From Planctomycetota bacterium (GTDB taxonomy: Bacteria; Planctomycetota; B15-G4), in NCBI GenBank assembly GCA_038212275.1, contig JBBQUR010000002.1:222823-286822 (forward strand): 64,000 bases of DNA, given 5' to 3'. The notes below the pieces were generated by a model. That model was given only the letters and a program-made list of their open reading frames with translations. It had not been told where the DNA came from and searched no databases. The position numbers and the translations under genes are program-made. This document shows positions 8,039-16,076 of the stretch, in pieces (within the stretch, counting starts at the first letter, position 1; the number at the start of each line of letters is the position of its first letter).

Positions 8039-8521
8039 CTATTCCGCATCTCCTCTGGTGAACTCCACGCCGCGAGGCGGCGTCTCCGCGTGTCGAGTGA
8101 ATCGGGAGTGATCTGCTCCTGACTCCCGAACCGCGGAGCCCGCACGCACCACCTTCACCTGCTGGCCGCAGAGCTCGTCCATGAGGCGCTCGAGCGCCGC
8201 GTCCTCGAACTCGTCCCAGCCCTTGCAGAGGTCGCGCTCGAGCAGCTGCGTGTCGCAACACAGCTCGGCCCCGAAGCGCCGCTTCCGCTCGACCAGCCAG
8301 GCGTTGGCGAGCGCCTCGAATTCCGCACGCGGGAGCTCGGGATGCCTCAGCGACAACCACCAGAAGCGCCGCTTGAGATCGGCGTAGCTCCACCGGGCAA
8401 AGCCGTGGCAGAGCGTGCCGGTGCGTGCGGCAACCTCGCAGAGGCAGTGCTTGTCATCCACCTGTTCCGCGAGACGCGGGCGCAGAAGGTCGATGGCTTG
8501 CTCACGCGTGATGGTCTTCAT
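8039..8521 (-). CDS. Cys-rich hypothetical protein, 160 aa
   Basis: ATG 8521 with GAGG RBS: MKTITREQAIDLL...CLCEVAAR..LCHGF...CCDTQ..LCKGWDEF. 7 Cys, no signal peptide. Confidence 0.7.
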   Translation of the reverse strand: MKTITREQAIDLLRPRLAEQVDDKHCLCEVAARTGTLCHGFARWSYADLKRRFWWLSLRHPELPRAEFEALANAWLVERKRRFGAELCCDTQLLERDLCKGWDEFEDAALERLMDELCGQQVKVVRAGSAVRESGADHSRFTRHAETPPRGVEFTRGDAE

Positions 8522-8600
8522 GGCGCTACCTCGGGCGATCGAGGGGAGTGAGGGTGATCGGATGCCACGGCAGCAGCCGATGCCAGCTGTCCCGAAGCAA

Positions 8601-8616
8601 GCAACTATCCATCCAG
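8601..8616 (-). promoter_or_regulatory. Weaker sigma54-like promoter for the Cys-rich gene
   Basis: Minus strand CTGGATGGATAGTTGC: TGG-N10-GC with TTGC, but the CAC after GG is not conserved; 80 bp upstream of ATG 8521. Confidence 0.4.
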
Positions 8617-8779
8617 CGACTTCGCTTCGCTGCGCTCCCGCCCGGGCACGCGTCGAGCCGGCCGTCAGCGATCGCGATCGGGTGCGCGACCTGCCCGTTC
8701 CAGTCGCTAGAATCCGCGCCTCGTTCGGCGGCGCGCTTCCCTGACGGAGCGCTCGGCGCGCGCTCACTCGGGAGACGAC

Positions 8780-10018
8780 ATGGCCAGCAAGCCGCGCAAG
8801 GGGCGCACCGCCGCCAAGAAGAAGAGCTCCTCCGCGCCACGCCGCAGCGCCGCGGGCAGTCGTCCGGGGACCAGCACCAGGTCGGCCGAAGCCGCCGCCA
8901 TCAAGTCCCACGAGCACTGGCGCGAGCACATGGGCACGGGGCACAGCGACGGCCTCGTGCCGGTGCGCTCGCTGGACCTCTCGACCGTCTCCTCCGTGAA
9001 TGACCTCGTCCGCGGCATGTCGGCCACGAGCTTCGGCGGGCGATCGCTGGGCGAGGCGGCCGACATCCTGGAAGTCATGGTGCGCGACCCGGGCTGCAAG
9101 GTCGTGCTCACGCTCTCGGGCGCGATGACCATCGCGAAGCAGGGCCTCATCATCGCGGACATGATCGAGCGCGGCTGGGTGCATGCCGTCGTCTCCACCG
9201 GCGCGCTCATGTGCCACGGCATGGTCGAGACCGCCGGCATGCTGCACTTCAAGCACGACCCGACCATGGGCGACGAGAAGCTCTTCGCCAAGGGCTACAA
9301 CCGCGTCTACGACACGATCGAGCTGGAGCAGAACCTCGACGACACCGAGAAAATCATGGCGAAGATCCTCGGCAGCGTGCCGGAGAACGAGCACGGCCTC
9401 CCCGAGACGCTCTGCAGCCACAAGCTGAACCGCCGTATCGGCGAGTACCTCGCGCGGCACACGAAGGGCCGCGGTCCGCTGCGCTCGGCCTTCGAGCACG
9501 ACGTGCCCATTTATGTCCCGGCGTTCACCGACAGCGAACTCGGCCTGGACTACGGCACCAACAATCATCGCCGCCGCCTCGCCGGCAAGGGCCCGATCCC
9601 CTACGACCCCTTCCTCGACCTCGAGGACTTCCGCACGCGCATCGACAGCCACGAGACCTGGGGCATCTTCACCATCGGCGGCGGCGTGCCGCGCAACTGG
9701 GCCCAGCAGGTCGCGCCCTACATCGACATCCTCGGCAAGCGCCTGCCGGAGATGCGCCGGCCGCTGCGCCGCTACAGATACGCGGTGCGCATCTGCCCGG
9801 AGCCCGTGCACTGGGGCGGCCTCTCCGGCTGCGACTACAGCGAATCCGTGAGCTGGGGCAAGATCGTGCCGCGCAGCGAAGGCGGCCGCTGGGCCGAGGT
9901 CAAGGACGACGCGACCATCGCCTGGCCGCTCATCGTGAAGGCCGTCATGGAGCGCGTGGATGGCGCGGGCGGCAGGCGCAAGCGCGCGGCATCCCCTCGT
10001 GCGGCGCCCGGGCGCTGA
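8780..10018 (+). CDS. Deoxyhypusine synthase-family protein (probable homospermidine synthase)
   Basis: SFGGRSLGEA, LSGAM, VVSTGA, YVPAFTDSELG, IGGGVPRNW, GGLSGC..SESVSWGKI (catalytic Lys position), DATIAWPL. Confidence 0.9.
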   Translation: MASKPRKGRTAAKKKSSSAPRRSAAGSRPGTSTRSAEAAAIKSHEHWREHMGTGHSDGLVPVRSLDLSTVSSVNDLVRGMSATSFGGRSLGEAADILEVMVRDPGCKVVLTLSGAMTIAKQGLIIADMIERGWVHAVVSTGALMCHGMVETAGMLHFKHDPTMGDEKLFAKGYNRVYDTIELEQNLDDTEKIMAKILGSVPENEHGLPETLCSHKLNRRIGEYLARHTKGRGPLRSAFEHDVPIYVPAFTDSELGLDYGTNNHRRRLAGKGPIPYDPFLDLEDFRTRIDSHETWGIFTIGGGVPRNWAQQVAPYIDILGKRLPEMRRPLRRYRYAVRICPEPVHWGGLSGCDYSESVSWGKIVPRSEGGRWAEVKDDATIAWPLIVKAVMERVDGAGGRRKRAASPRAAPGR

Positions 10019-10143
10019 GCATCCTCATCGCGCTGGCCGGGTTGCCCGGCACCGGAAAGAGCACGCTGGCGCGCGCACTCGCGGCGCAGGTCTCGCGCGT
10101 GATCGAGGCACTCGCAGCGCTGCCCACCGTCACGCACAACTGA
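10015..10143 (+). pseudogene. 42-codon remnant of a P-loop kinase (AAA_33-like), internal deletion
   Basis: LSILIALAGLPGTGKSTLARALAAQ (intact Walker A) joins directly to VSRVIEALAAL and a stop; overlaps the upstream stop by 4 nt. Confidence 0.7.
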
Positions 10144-10202
10144 CTCACGGGGGCCGCGCGCCACACCGCCGGGGCAGCGCACCGCGAATCTTGAGCGTGC
10201 CC

Positions 10203-11048
10203 TCAGCGCGGCGCGGCCGCTTTCTCAGCGTCGCCGGCCGCGGGCGCAACACCACCCGTGACGCTGTTCCCGCCGACGCCGTCGGAGCCGTCCGCCGCGC
10301 GCGGCTTGGCCGGCTGCTCTTCGCCGCCGGACGCGTCGCTGGCCTTGTCCGTCGCCCTGTCCTCCACGCTGGCCTTGGCGTTCTTCTCGCGCAGCAGCTC
10401 GATGAGCTGCGCCGGGCTCTTGCCGGACAGCACTTCCTGGAACTGCGATCGGAAGTTCTGGACGAGGCTCACGTTCTCGATGGTGATGTCGATGATCTGC
10501 CACGCGCCGGTGTCCTTGTTCGCGCGCAGGCGGTAGTCGATGAGCGTGTCGCCCTGCTCCTTGGAGATCACCTTGGAGCGCACCGTCCAGTCGCCCTTGC
10601 CCTCGTCGCGCGAGTCGTAGATCTCGATCGTCGAGAACTTGGCCCCCTCCGCGTTGCGGTAGTAGGTGGCGATGAGGTGTTCGCGGAACTGCTTGCGGAA
10701 CTCGGCCTGCTCCTCGGTCGTGAACTTGCCGTAGTTCTTGGCGAGCACGAGCTTGGACACGACCATCATGTCGAGGCGGTTGTCCACGATGTCGACGATG
10801 CGCTCGCGCCGCGCGTGGCTGTCGAGGGTCGGATCCTTCAGCAGCGCGATGACCTTGTCGGCCGTGTCCTGGATGACCGCACGCGCACCGTCGGAGGGCG
10901 CCGTCTGCGCGGCGAGGGGCTGCGCGGCCGGCACCATCGCCGCGGCGGTCCGGGCAAGGCACGGCGAGGCCAGCACCGCGACGAGCAGCGCGGCGGCGGG
11001 CAGGATGCGGACGGCGGACGCGAGTTTCGTGTCAGGGTCGGGGTGCAT
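10203..11048 (-). CDS. mlaC: Phospholipid-binding periplasmic protein MlaC/ttg2D
   Basis: Signal peptide; VL.K.Y..FT.EEQAEF, DYRLR, WQIIDITIENVSLVQNFRSQF; last gene of the mla operon. Confidence 0.9.
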   Translation of the reverse strand: MHPDPDTKLASAVRILPAAALLVAVLASPCLARTAAAMVPAAQPLAAQTAPSDGARAVIQDTADKVIALLKDPTLDSHARRERIVDIVDNRLDMMVVSKLVLAKNYGKFTTEEQAEFRKQFREHLIATYYRNAEGAKFSTIEIYDSRDEGKGDWTVRSKVISKEQGDTLIDYRLRANKDTGAWQIIDITIENVSLVQNFRSQFQEVLSGKSPAQLIELLREKNAKASVEDRATDKASDASGGEEQPAKPRAADGSDGVGGNSVTGGVAPAAGDAEKAAAPR

Positions 11049-11838
11049 CGTCGGGCTCCGTAGCCAGGTCTTCGTCGTAGAAATCTTCATTAGCCTGCTG
11101 GGTTGCGGCCGGCTGCTGCGCCATCTCGCCCTCGATCGCGATGCGGCGACGCTGCAGGTAGGCGTTGCGCACGAACACGTAGTAGTCGAGCGAGGCCAGC
11201 CGCGCCTCGCGCAGCGGCTGGAGCAGCTGCGCGCGCGTGTTGACCACATCCACGACGCGTGAGCCGATCAGGACCGCGTCGTCCACGTCCCACACGGCGT
11301 TGTACGTCACGACGTCACCGACGAGGCCGGCCGTGTCGCGCGGACTGGACGGACCGAACAGCGGCAGCACGAGGTAGGGCCCCGAAGACACGCCCCACAC
11401 CGCGAGGGTCTGGCCGAAGTCCTCGGGCCGCTCGATCAGGCCCATGTCCTTCGCCGGGTCGAAGAAGCCCACGATGCCCAGCGTGGTGTTGACCACGAAC
11501 CGCAGCGTCTCGGTGCCGGCGTCCTCGAACTTGGCCTGCAGGAGGTTGTTGAGCACGTGCACGGGCGCCGCGGCATTGGTGAAGAAGTCGTCCACCGAGC
11601 GCTGCACGCGCGGCGTCGTGATCTCGTTCCAGCCGCGCGCCGTCGGCTCGAGCACGTAGTCGTCGAGCTGCTCGTTGAACCAGAACACCTTCCGGTTCAT
11701 GCCTTCCCACGGGTCGGCCTCGCTCGTGGTGCCCGGCGCGGCGCACCCGACGAGCGGCAGCGCAGCGACGCACGGCAGCAGCAGCATGCGCGACGCACGC
11801 GACAGGCGCGCCGCCAGCCCACGTTCGCGAAGGCTCAC
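11032..11838 (-). CDS. mlaA: MlaA/VacJ lipoprotein
   Basis: Lipobox LVGC; DPWEGMNRKVFWFN, EDFGQTLAVWGV..GPYLVLPLFGPSSPRD. Confidence 0.92.
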   Translation of the reverse strand: MSLRERGLAARLSRASRMLLLPCVAALPLVGCAAPGTTSEADPWEGMNRKVFWFNEQLDDYVLEPTARGWNEITTPRVQRSVDDFFTNAAAPVHVLNNLLQAKFEDAGTETLRFVVNTTLGIVGFFDPAKDMGLIERPEDFGQTLAVWGVSSGPYLVLPLFGPSSPRDTAGLVGDVVTYNAVWDVDDAVLIGSRVVDVVNTRAQLLQPLREARLASLDYYVFVRNAYLQRRRIAIEGEMAQQPAATQQANEDFYDEDLATEPDDAPRP

Positions 11839-12296
11839 TTCTCGTCTCCCACCGACGTGTTGTGGATCAACTTGCCGATGAGACGTTCGAGCAGCACCGC
11901 GGACTCCGTGAACGGGATCTTGTCGCCGTTCTGCAGGAAGTCCTCTTCGCCGCCGAGCTGCAGCAGCAGGTAGCGGTCGCCGAGGATGCCCGAGGTCATG
12001 ATGGAGGCGCTGCTGTCCGACGGGTACTTGCGCCCGGCGTCCACGTCGAGCTCCACGCGGGCGCGACCTTCCTCATCCAGCGTGATGGAGCGCACCTCGC
12101 CCACCTTCACGCCGGAGATCTCCACCGGCGCGCGCACCTTGAGGCCGCCGATCTCGTCGAAGCCCGCATAGAGAGTGAGCTGCGGCGGCCGGCTGAGGCT
12201 GACGCCGCCGACCTGCAGGGTGAGGTAGGCGATGGCGGCGAGGCCGACCAGCACGAACAGGCCGACGACGAAGTCGCGCAGCGGAGAGCGTTCCAT
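11835..12296 (-). CDS. mlaD: MCE-domain protein MlaD
   Basis: DFVVGLFVL, FDEIGGLKVRAPVEISGVKVGEV, TSGILGDRYL. Confidence 0.93.
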   Translation of the reverse strand: MERSPLRDFVVGLFVLVGLAAIAYLTLQVGGVSLSRPPQLTLYAGFDEIGGLKVRAPVEISGVKVGEVRSITLDEEGRARVELDVDAGRKYPSDSSASIMTSGILGDRYLLLQLGGEEDFLQNGDKIPFTESAVLLERLIGKLIHNTSVGDEK

Positions 12297-12299
12297 GGG

Positions 12300-13073
12300 T
12301 CAGATTCCCCAGAGGGCCGTGACGATGTAGTCGAGCAGAAGCACGGTGACGGACGCCGTGACCACCGTCGAGGTGGTGGCCGCGCTGACGCCGGCCGAGT
12401 TGGGTTTCGAGGTGAAGCCGCGCCACGTGGAGATGAGGCCCACGACGACGCCGAAGACGACCGCCTTCACCAGGCTTCCGACCACGTCTTCGTGAAAGTC
12501 CACGTTGGCGTAGAGATTGCTCATGTAGCGGCCGCCGTCGACACCCATGAGCGACACGCCGACGAGATAACCGCCGCCCATGCCGCACGTGATGAAAAGC
12601 GCGGACAGCAGCGGCATGACGACGATCATCGCCAGCAGGCGCGGCACGACGACGAAGCTCATCGGGTTCACGGCCATCATGCGCAGGCCGTCGAGCTGCT
12701 CGGTGGCCACCATCGTGCCGATCTCCGCGGTCGTCGCGGAACCCGCGCGTCCTGTCGCGAGCAGCGCGGTGAGCACCGGCCCCAGCTCGCGCAGCAGCGA
12801 GATGCCGACGACCGCGCCGAGCGAGTCCGTCGCGCCGAAGCGCTGCAGCGTGTTGTAGCCCTGCAGCGCGAGCACGGCGCCCACCGCCGCGCCGCTGACG
12901 CAGATGATCACCAGCGAGAGCACGCCCAGCTTGTAGAGCTCGTCGAAGAAGACGCCCATGCGGAACGGCGGCCGCAGGGCCTGCAGCATCGCGCTGCCGG
13001 AGAACGCCGTGAAGCGTCCGAGCTGCTCCACGAAGTTCAGCGCCGAAAAGCCGAGGTTCTGGATCGCCTTCAT
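12300..13073 (-). CDS. mlaE: MlaE permease
   Basis: RELGPVLTALL.GRAGSA.TAEIGTM..TEQLDGL..M; start placed at MKAIQ. Confidence 0.93.
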   Translation of the reverse strand: MKAIQNLGFSALNFVEQLGRFTAFSGSAMLQALRPPFRMGVFFDELYKLGVLSLVIICVSGAAVGAVLALQGYNTLQRFGATDSLGAVVGISLLRELGPVLTALLATGRAGSATTAEIGTMVATEQLDGLRMMAVNPMSFVVVPRLLAMIVVMPLLSALFITCGMGGGYLVGVSLMGVDGGRYMSNLYANVDFHEDVVGSLVKAVVFGVVVGLISTWRGFTSKPNSAGVSAATTSTVVTASVTVLLLDYIVTALWGI

Positions 13074-13080
13074 CGCGCGC

Positions 13081-13896
13081 TCAACCTTCCACACCCTTGG
13101 CGGTGAGTACGGCCTCGTCCACGTCCGCACTGATGAGGTTGGCGACGAGCGGGTCCTTGCTCGCGCGCAACTCCGACGGCGTGCCCTGGACGGCGGCCTT
13201 GCGCACCAGCACGAGCACGTGGTCGGCCATGCGCAGCGTGGACGGGACGTCGTGCGAGATCACGATCATGGTCACGCCCAGCGAGCGGTTGAGATCCTTG
13301 AGCAGGTTCTCGATGCGGCGCGCCGAGATCGTGTCGAGGCCCGAGAAGGGCTCGTCGCAGAGCAGGTATTGCGGGTCGCGGATGATCGCGCGGGCCAGCG
13401 CCACGCGCTTGAGCATGCCTCCCGAGAGCTGGCCAGGCAGCAGCCGGTCCTCGTCCGCCGACAGCCCGACGGCGGTCAGCTTGGCGTGCACGCGTTCGCG
13501 GATCTCCGCCTCGCTCAGCCGGGTGTGCTCGCGCAGCGGAAAGGCAAGGTTGTCGTACACCGAGAACGAGTCGAGCAGCGCGCCGGCCTGGAACATCATC
13601 CCGATCTGCTCGCGCACCGCGTACAGGCCGCGCTCGGCGAGGGTGGTGAGTTCCTTGTCGCCGACGCGCACATGCCCGGCCCTGGGGTGCAGCAGGCCGC
13701 CGATGAGCCGCAGCAGCGTGCTCTTGCCGGAGCCGCTGCCGCCGAGGATCACGGAGATCTGCCCGGCGGGGAAGCGGCACGTCAGGTCATCGAAGATGAC
13801 GCGGCTTCCGAAGGCCATGCGCACGTGGTCGAACGCGACCTCGCCGCCCCGCCCTCGTTGCGCCACCTGCGCGCCGTCCTGACCGTTCGCCGACAT
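13081..13896 (-). CDS. mlaF: ABC ATPase MlaF
   Basis: Walker A GGSGSGKS, LSGGMLKRVALARA, CDEPFSGLD; first gene of the operon. An alternative start at 13914 is possible. Confidence 0.92.
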   Translation of the reverse strand: MSANGQDGAQVAQRGRGGEVAFDHVRMAFGSRVIFDDLTCRFPAGQISVILGGSGSGKSTLLRLIGGLLHPRAGHVRVGDKELTTLAERGLYAVREQIGMMFQAGALLDSFSVYDNLAFPLREHTRLSEAEIRERVHAKLTAVGLSADEDRLLPGQLSGGMLKRVALARAIIRDPQYLLCDEPFSGLDTISARRIENLLKDLNRSLGVTMIVISHDVPSTLRMADHVLVLVRKAAVQGTPSELRASKDPLVANLISADVDEAVLTAKGVEG

Positions 13897-14001
13897 GCCT
13901 GCTCGTCGCTCCAAGATCGAAGGCGACGGTTATAACGTCGCGCGACCCGTCCGCACGAGCGTGGCGGCGGCATGTCGGCGACCTGTCAGCCAGGCGCCCC
14001 C

Positions 14002-15699
14002 TCAGCGGGGCTTGACGAGCACCACGCGCGTGTCGGCCGCCACGGCGTGCGTGCTGGCCGTGCCGTCCGGCCAGCGGACCGAAACGACGGCCGACGCCGC
14101 CGTCGCGCCAAGGCCGAACCACAGGCTCTGGGGCGCCTGGCTCAGATAGTTGTTGCCGCACTCCATCGGCGCGACCTGCACGGGAAGCCCGGCGACCTGC
14201 ACGCTGACCCGGGCCCCCACCGCCAGGCGGTTCATCCCGGGCTGGCGCAGCTCGACGTGCAACCAGTGACCGAGCCCCGCGTTGCTGCCGCGCCAGAGCC
14301 GCGGGCCGACGTCGTTGTTCATGACGAGCACGTCGAGTGCGCCATCGTGGTCGGCGTCGAAGACCACGAGTCCGCGCCCCTGGCTGTCGTCGACCAGTCC
14401 GAAGTCGGCGGCGCGATCCGTGAAGTGGCCCGCGCCGTCGTTCATGAACAGGCGCAGCGTGTCATGGTCGAAGATCAGCAGCTGCGGCACGAAGATGATG
14501 TTGCTGTACCAGCCGTTCGCCTGCACCAGGTCCACGTCGCCGTCGTTGTCCAGGTCCGCGAACTGCGCGCCCCAGCCCCAGCCGCCGTGGCGCAGCCCGG
14601 CGACGTCCGTCTTGTCGGTGAAGGTTCCGTTGCCGTTGTTCACGTAGAGGCGGTTGCCGGAGCTGAAGTAGCCGCCGAGCGGGATGGGCACGGGCGAGTC
14701 GATGGCGGTCACGAACCAGTCGAGGTCGCCGTCGCGGTCCACGTCGGCGATGGCGCTGCCCATGCCGTTCTCATCCGTGCCCACACCGGCGAGCTGCGTG
14801 ATGTTGGTGAAGCTCCAGTTGCCGTTGTTGCGCAGCAGCCGGCTCGTGTGCACGTCGTTCGCGCACAACACGTCGAGGTCGCCGTCGAAGTCGAAGTCCA
14901 CGAGGCGCGGCGTGAAGCCGTACACCTTGTCGAACTTGAACTGCGGCAGGTGGACCTCGCGGAAGCTGCCGTCGCCCGTGTTGCGGAAGAACTGGATGCG
15001 ATGGCCGCCCCAGGTGAGCGCCACGAGGTCGAGGTCGCCGTCGGCGTCGAGGTCTCCGAAGGCAGCGCCGTAGCGCCCCGCGGTGGCCAGGCCGTTGGCA
15101 TCCGGCGCCTTGCTGAACAGGCCGTGCCCGTCGTTCAGATACAGGCGGTTGTCGTGCTTGAGCAGCCCGGGTCCGGAGGGCGGGTCCGAGACGTCCGGCG
15201 TGGGGATCGGCCCCGTGCTGCTTCCGCCGCCTTTCATGGCGGTCTGCACGTCGAGCACGTTCTCGAACATGGTGAGGAAGAGGTCCAGGTCGCCGTCGCC
15301 ATCTACGTCGGCGAGCACTGGCGAGCCGACCGGCAGGCTCACCGCGACTCCCGCGGCGGCGGCCACGTCCGTGAAGTGCCCGCCGCCGTCGTTGTGGTAG
15401 AGGCGCAGCGGTTGCGCGGAGCCCATCGGCACGACGAGGTCCTCCCAGCCGTCGCCGTCCACGTCGCCGACGGCGATGCCGCCCGTGAAAGGTTGCGTGA
15501 CCGCATCGGTCGGCGACGCGGCGTACGCGCCAGCAATGCCCGCGACCGCCGTGGCCTCCGTGAAGGACTGCGCGGAGGCCGTGGCGACGAGCGACAACGC
15601 AACCAACGCCAGCATCGCCAGCATCGCCAGCAACAACGGCAGCTTCCGTTGCGACACGCGCACCAGCGCGCCGCGGGACGCGAACTCGGAAGCATGCAT
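14002..15699 (-). CDS. CRTAC1/ASPIC-UnbV FG-GAP repeat secreted protein
   Basis: Signal peptide ending ASAQ; repeated GDxDGDGDLDL motifs; C-terminal NRLAVGARV..ECGNNYLSQ...FGLG (ASPIC/UnbV). Confidence 0.88.
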   Translation of the reverse strand: MHASEFASRGALVRVSQRKLPLLLAMLAMLALVALSLVATASAQSFTEATAVAGIAGAYAASPTDAVTQPFTGGIAVGDVDGDGWEDLVVPMGSAQPLRLYHNDGGGHFTDVAAAAGVAVSLPVGSPVLADVDGDGDLDLFLTMFENVLDVQTAMKGGGSSTGPIPTPDVSDPPSGPGLLKHDNRLYLNDGHGLFSKAPDANGLATAGRYGAAFGDLDADGDLDLVALTWGGHRIQFFRNTGDGSFREVHLPQFKFDKVYGFTPRLVDFDFDGDLDVLCANDVHTSRLLRNNGNWSFTNITQLAGVGTDENGMGSAIADVDRDGDLDWFVTAIDSPVPIPLGGYFSSGNRLYVNNGNGTFTDKTDVAGLRHGGWGWGAQFADLDNDGDVDLVQANGWYSNIIFVPQLLIFDHDTLRLFMNDGAGHFTDRAADFGLVDDSQGRGLVVFDADHDGALDVLVMNNDVGPRLWRGSNAGLGHWLHVELRQPGMNRLAVGARVSVQVAGLPVQVAPMECGNNYLSQAPQSLWFGLGATAASAVVSVRWPDGTASTHAVAADTRVVLVKPR

Positions 15700-15802
15700 G
15701 GTCGAGACTCCACCAGGACGCGATGACGACGAGCCGACGGCTCGCGCTTGCCGGCCGCGGATTGCCGGCGACCATCCCCCAGACCGGCGGGCCGTGCCGG
15801 GC

Positions 15803-15850
15803 GTCACGCCCGACGTCACGCCCGACGTCAGGCCCCGTGTCACGCCGGGC
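15803..15850. repeat. 12-bp tandem repeat x4, intergenic
   Basis: GTCACGCCCGAC GTCACGCCCGAC GTCAGGCCCCGT GTCACGCCGGGC. Confidence 0.8.
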
Positions 15851-15875
15851 AGCAAGCCCGACGTGGCGCCCGCCT

Positions 15876-16076
15876 TCACGCGGCGGGCGACGGGCTGCGC
15901 TCGCCGTCCGTGCGCACGACGACCGTGCCGGCGATGCAGTCCGGCAGCGAGCGGCCGTTCTTGCCGTGGAACATCGTGACGAGCTCCGCCACGATCCACA
16001 GCGTCGCGATCCAGCTCAGCCCGATGCGCTCGAGCACGCGCTCGTCCGCGGCGGAGCGTGCCTGTCCTGCGCTCAT
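15876..16076 (-). pseudogene. RDD-family remnant, C-terminal part only, 66 aa
   Basis: ATGA-coupled to the upstream gene; WIVAELVTMF..GRSLPDCIAGTVVVR resembles the RDD C-terminal R.LHD..AGTVVV motif, but the N-terminal RDD helices are absent. Confidence 0.6.

Noticed and set aside
10203-13896. mlaFEDAC operon as a novelty
   Set aside because: A well-characterised lipid-asymmetry system; absence of mlaB and inclusion of mlaA are known variants.
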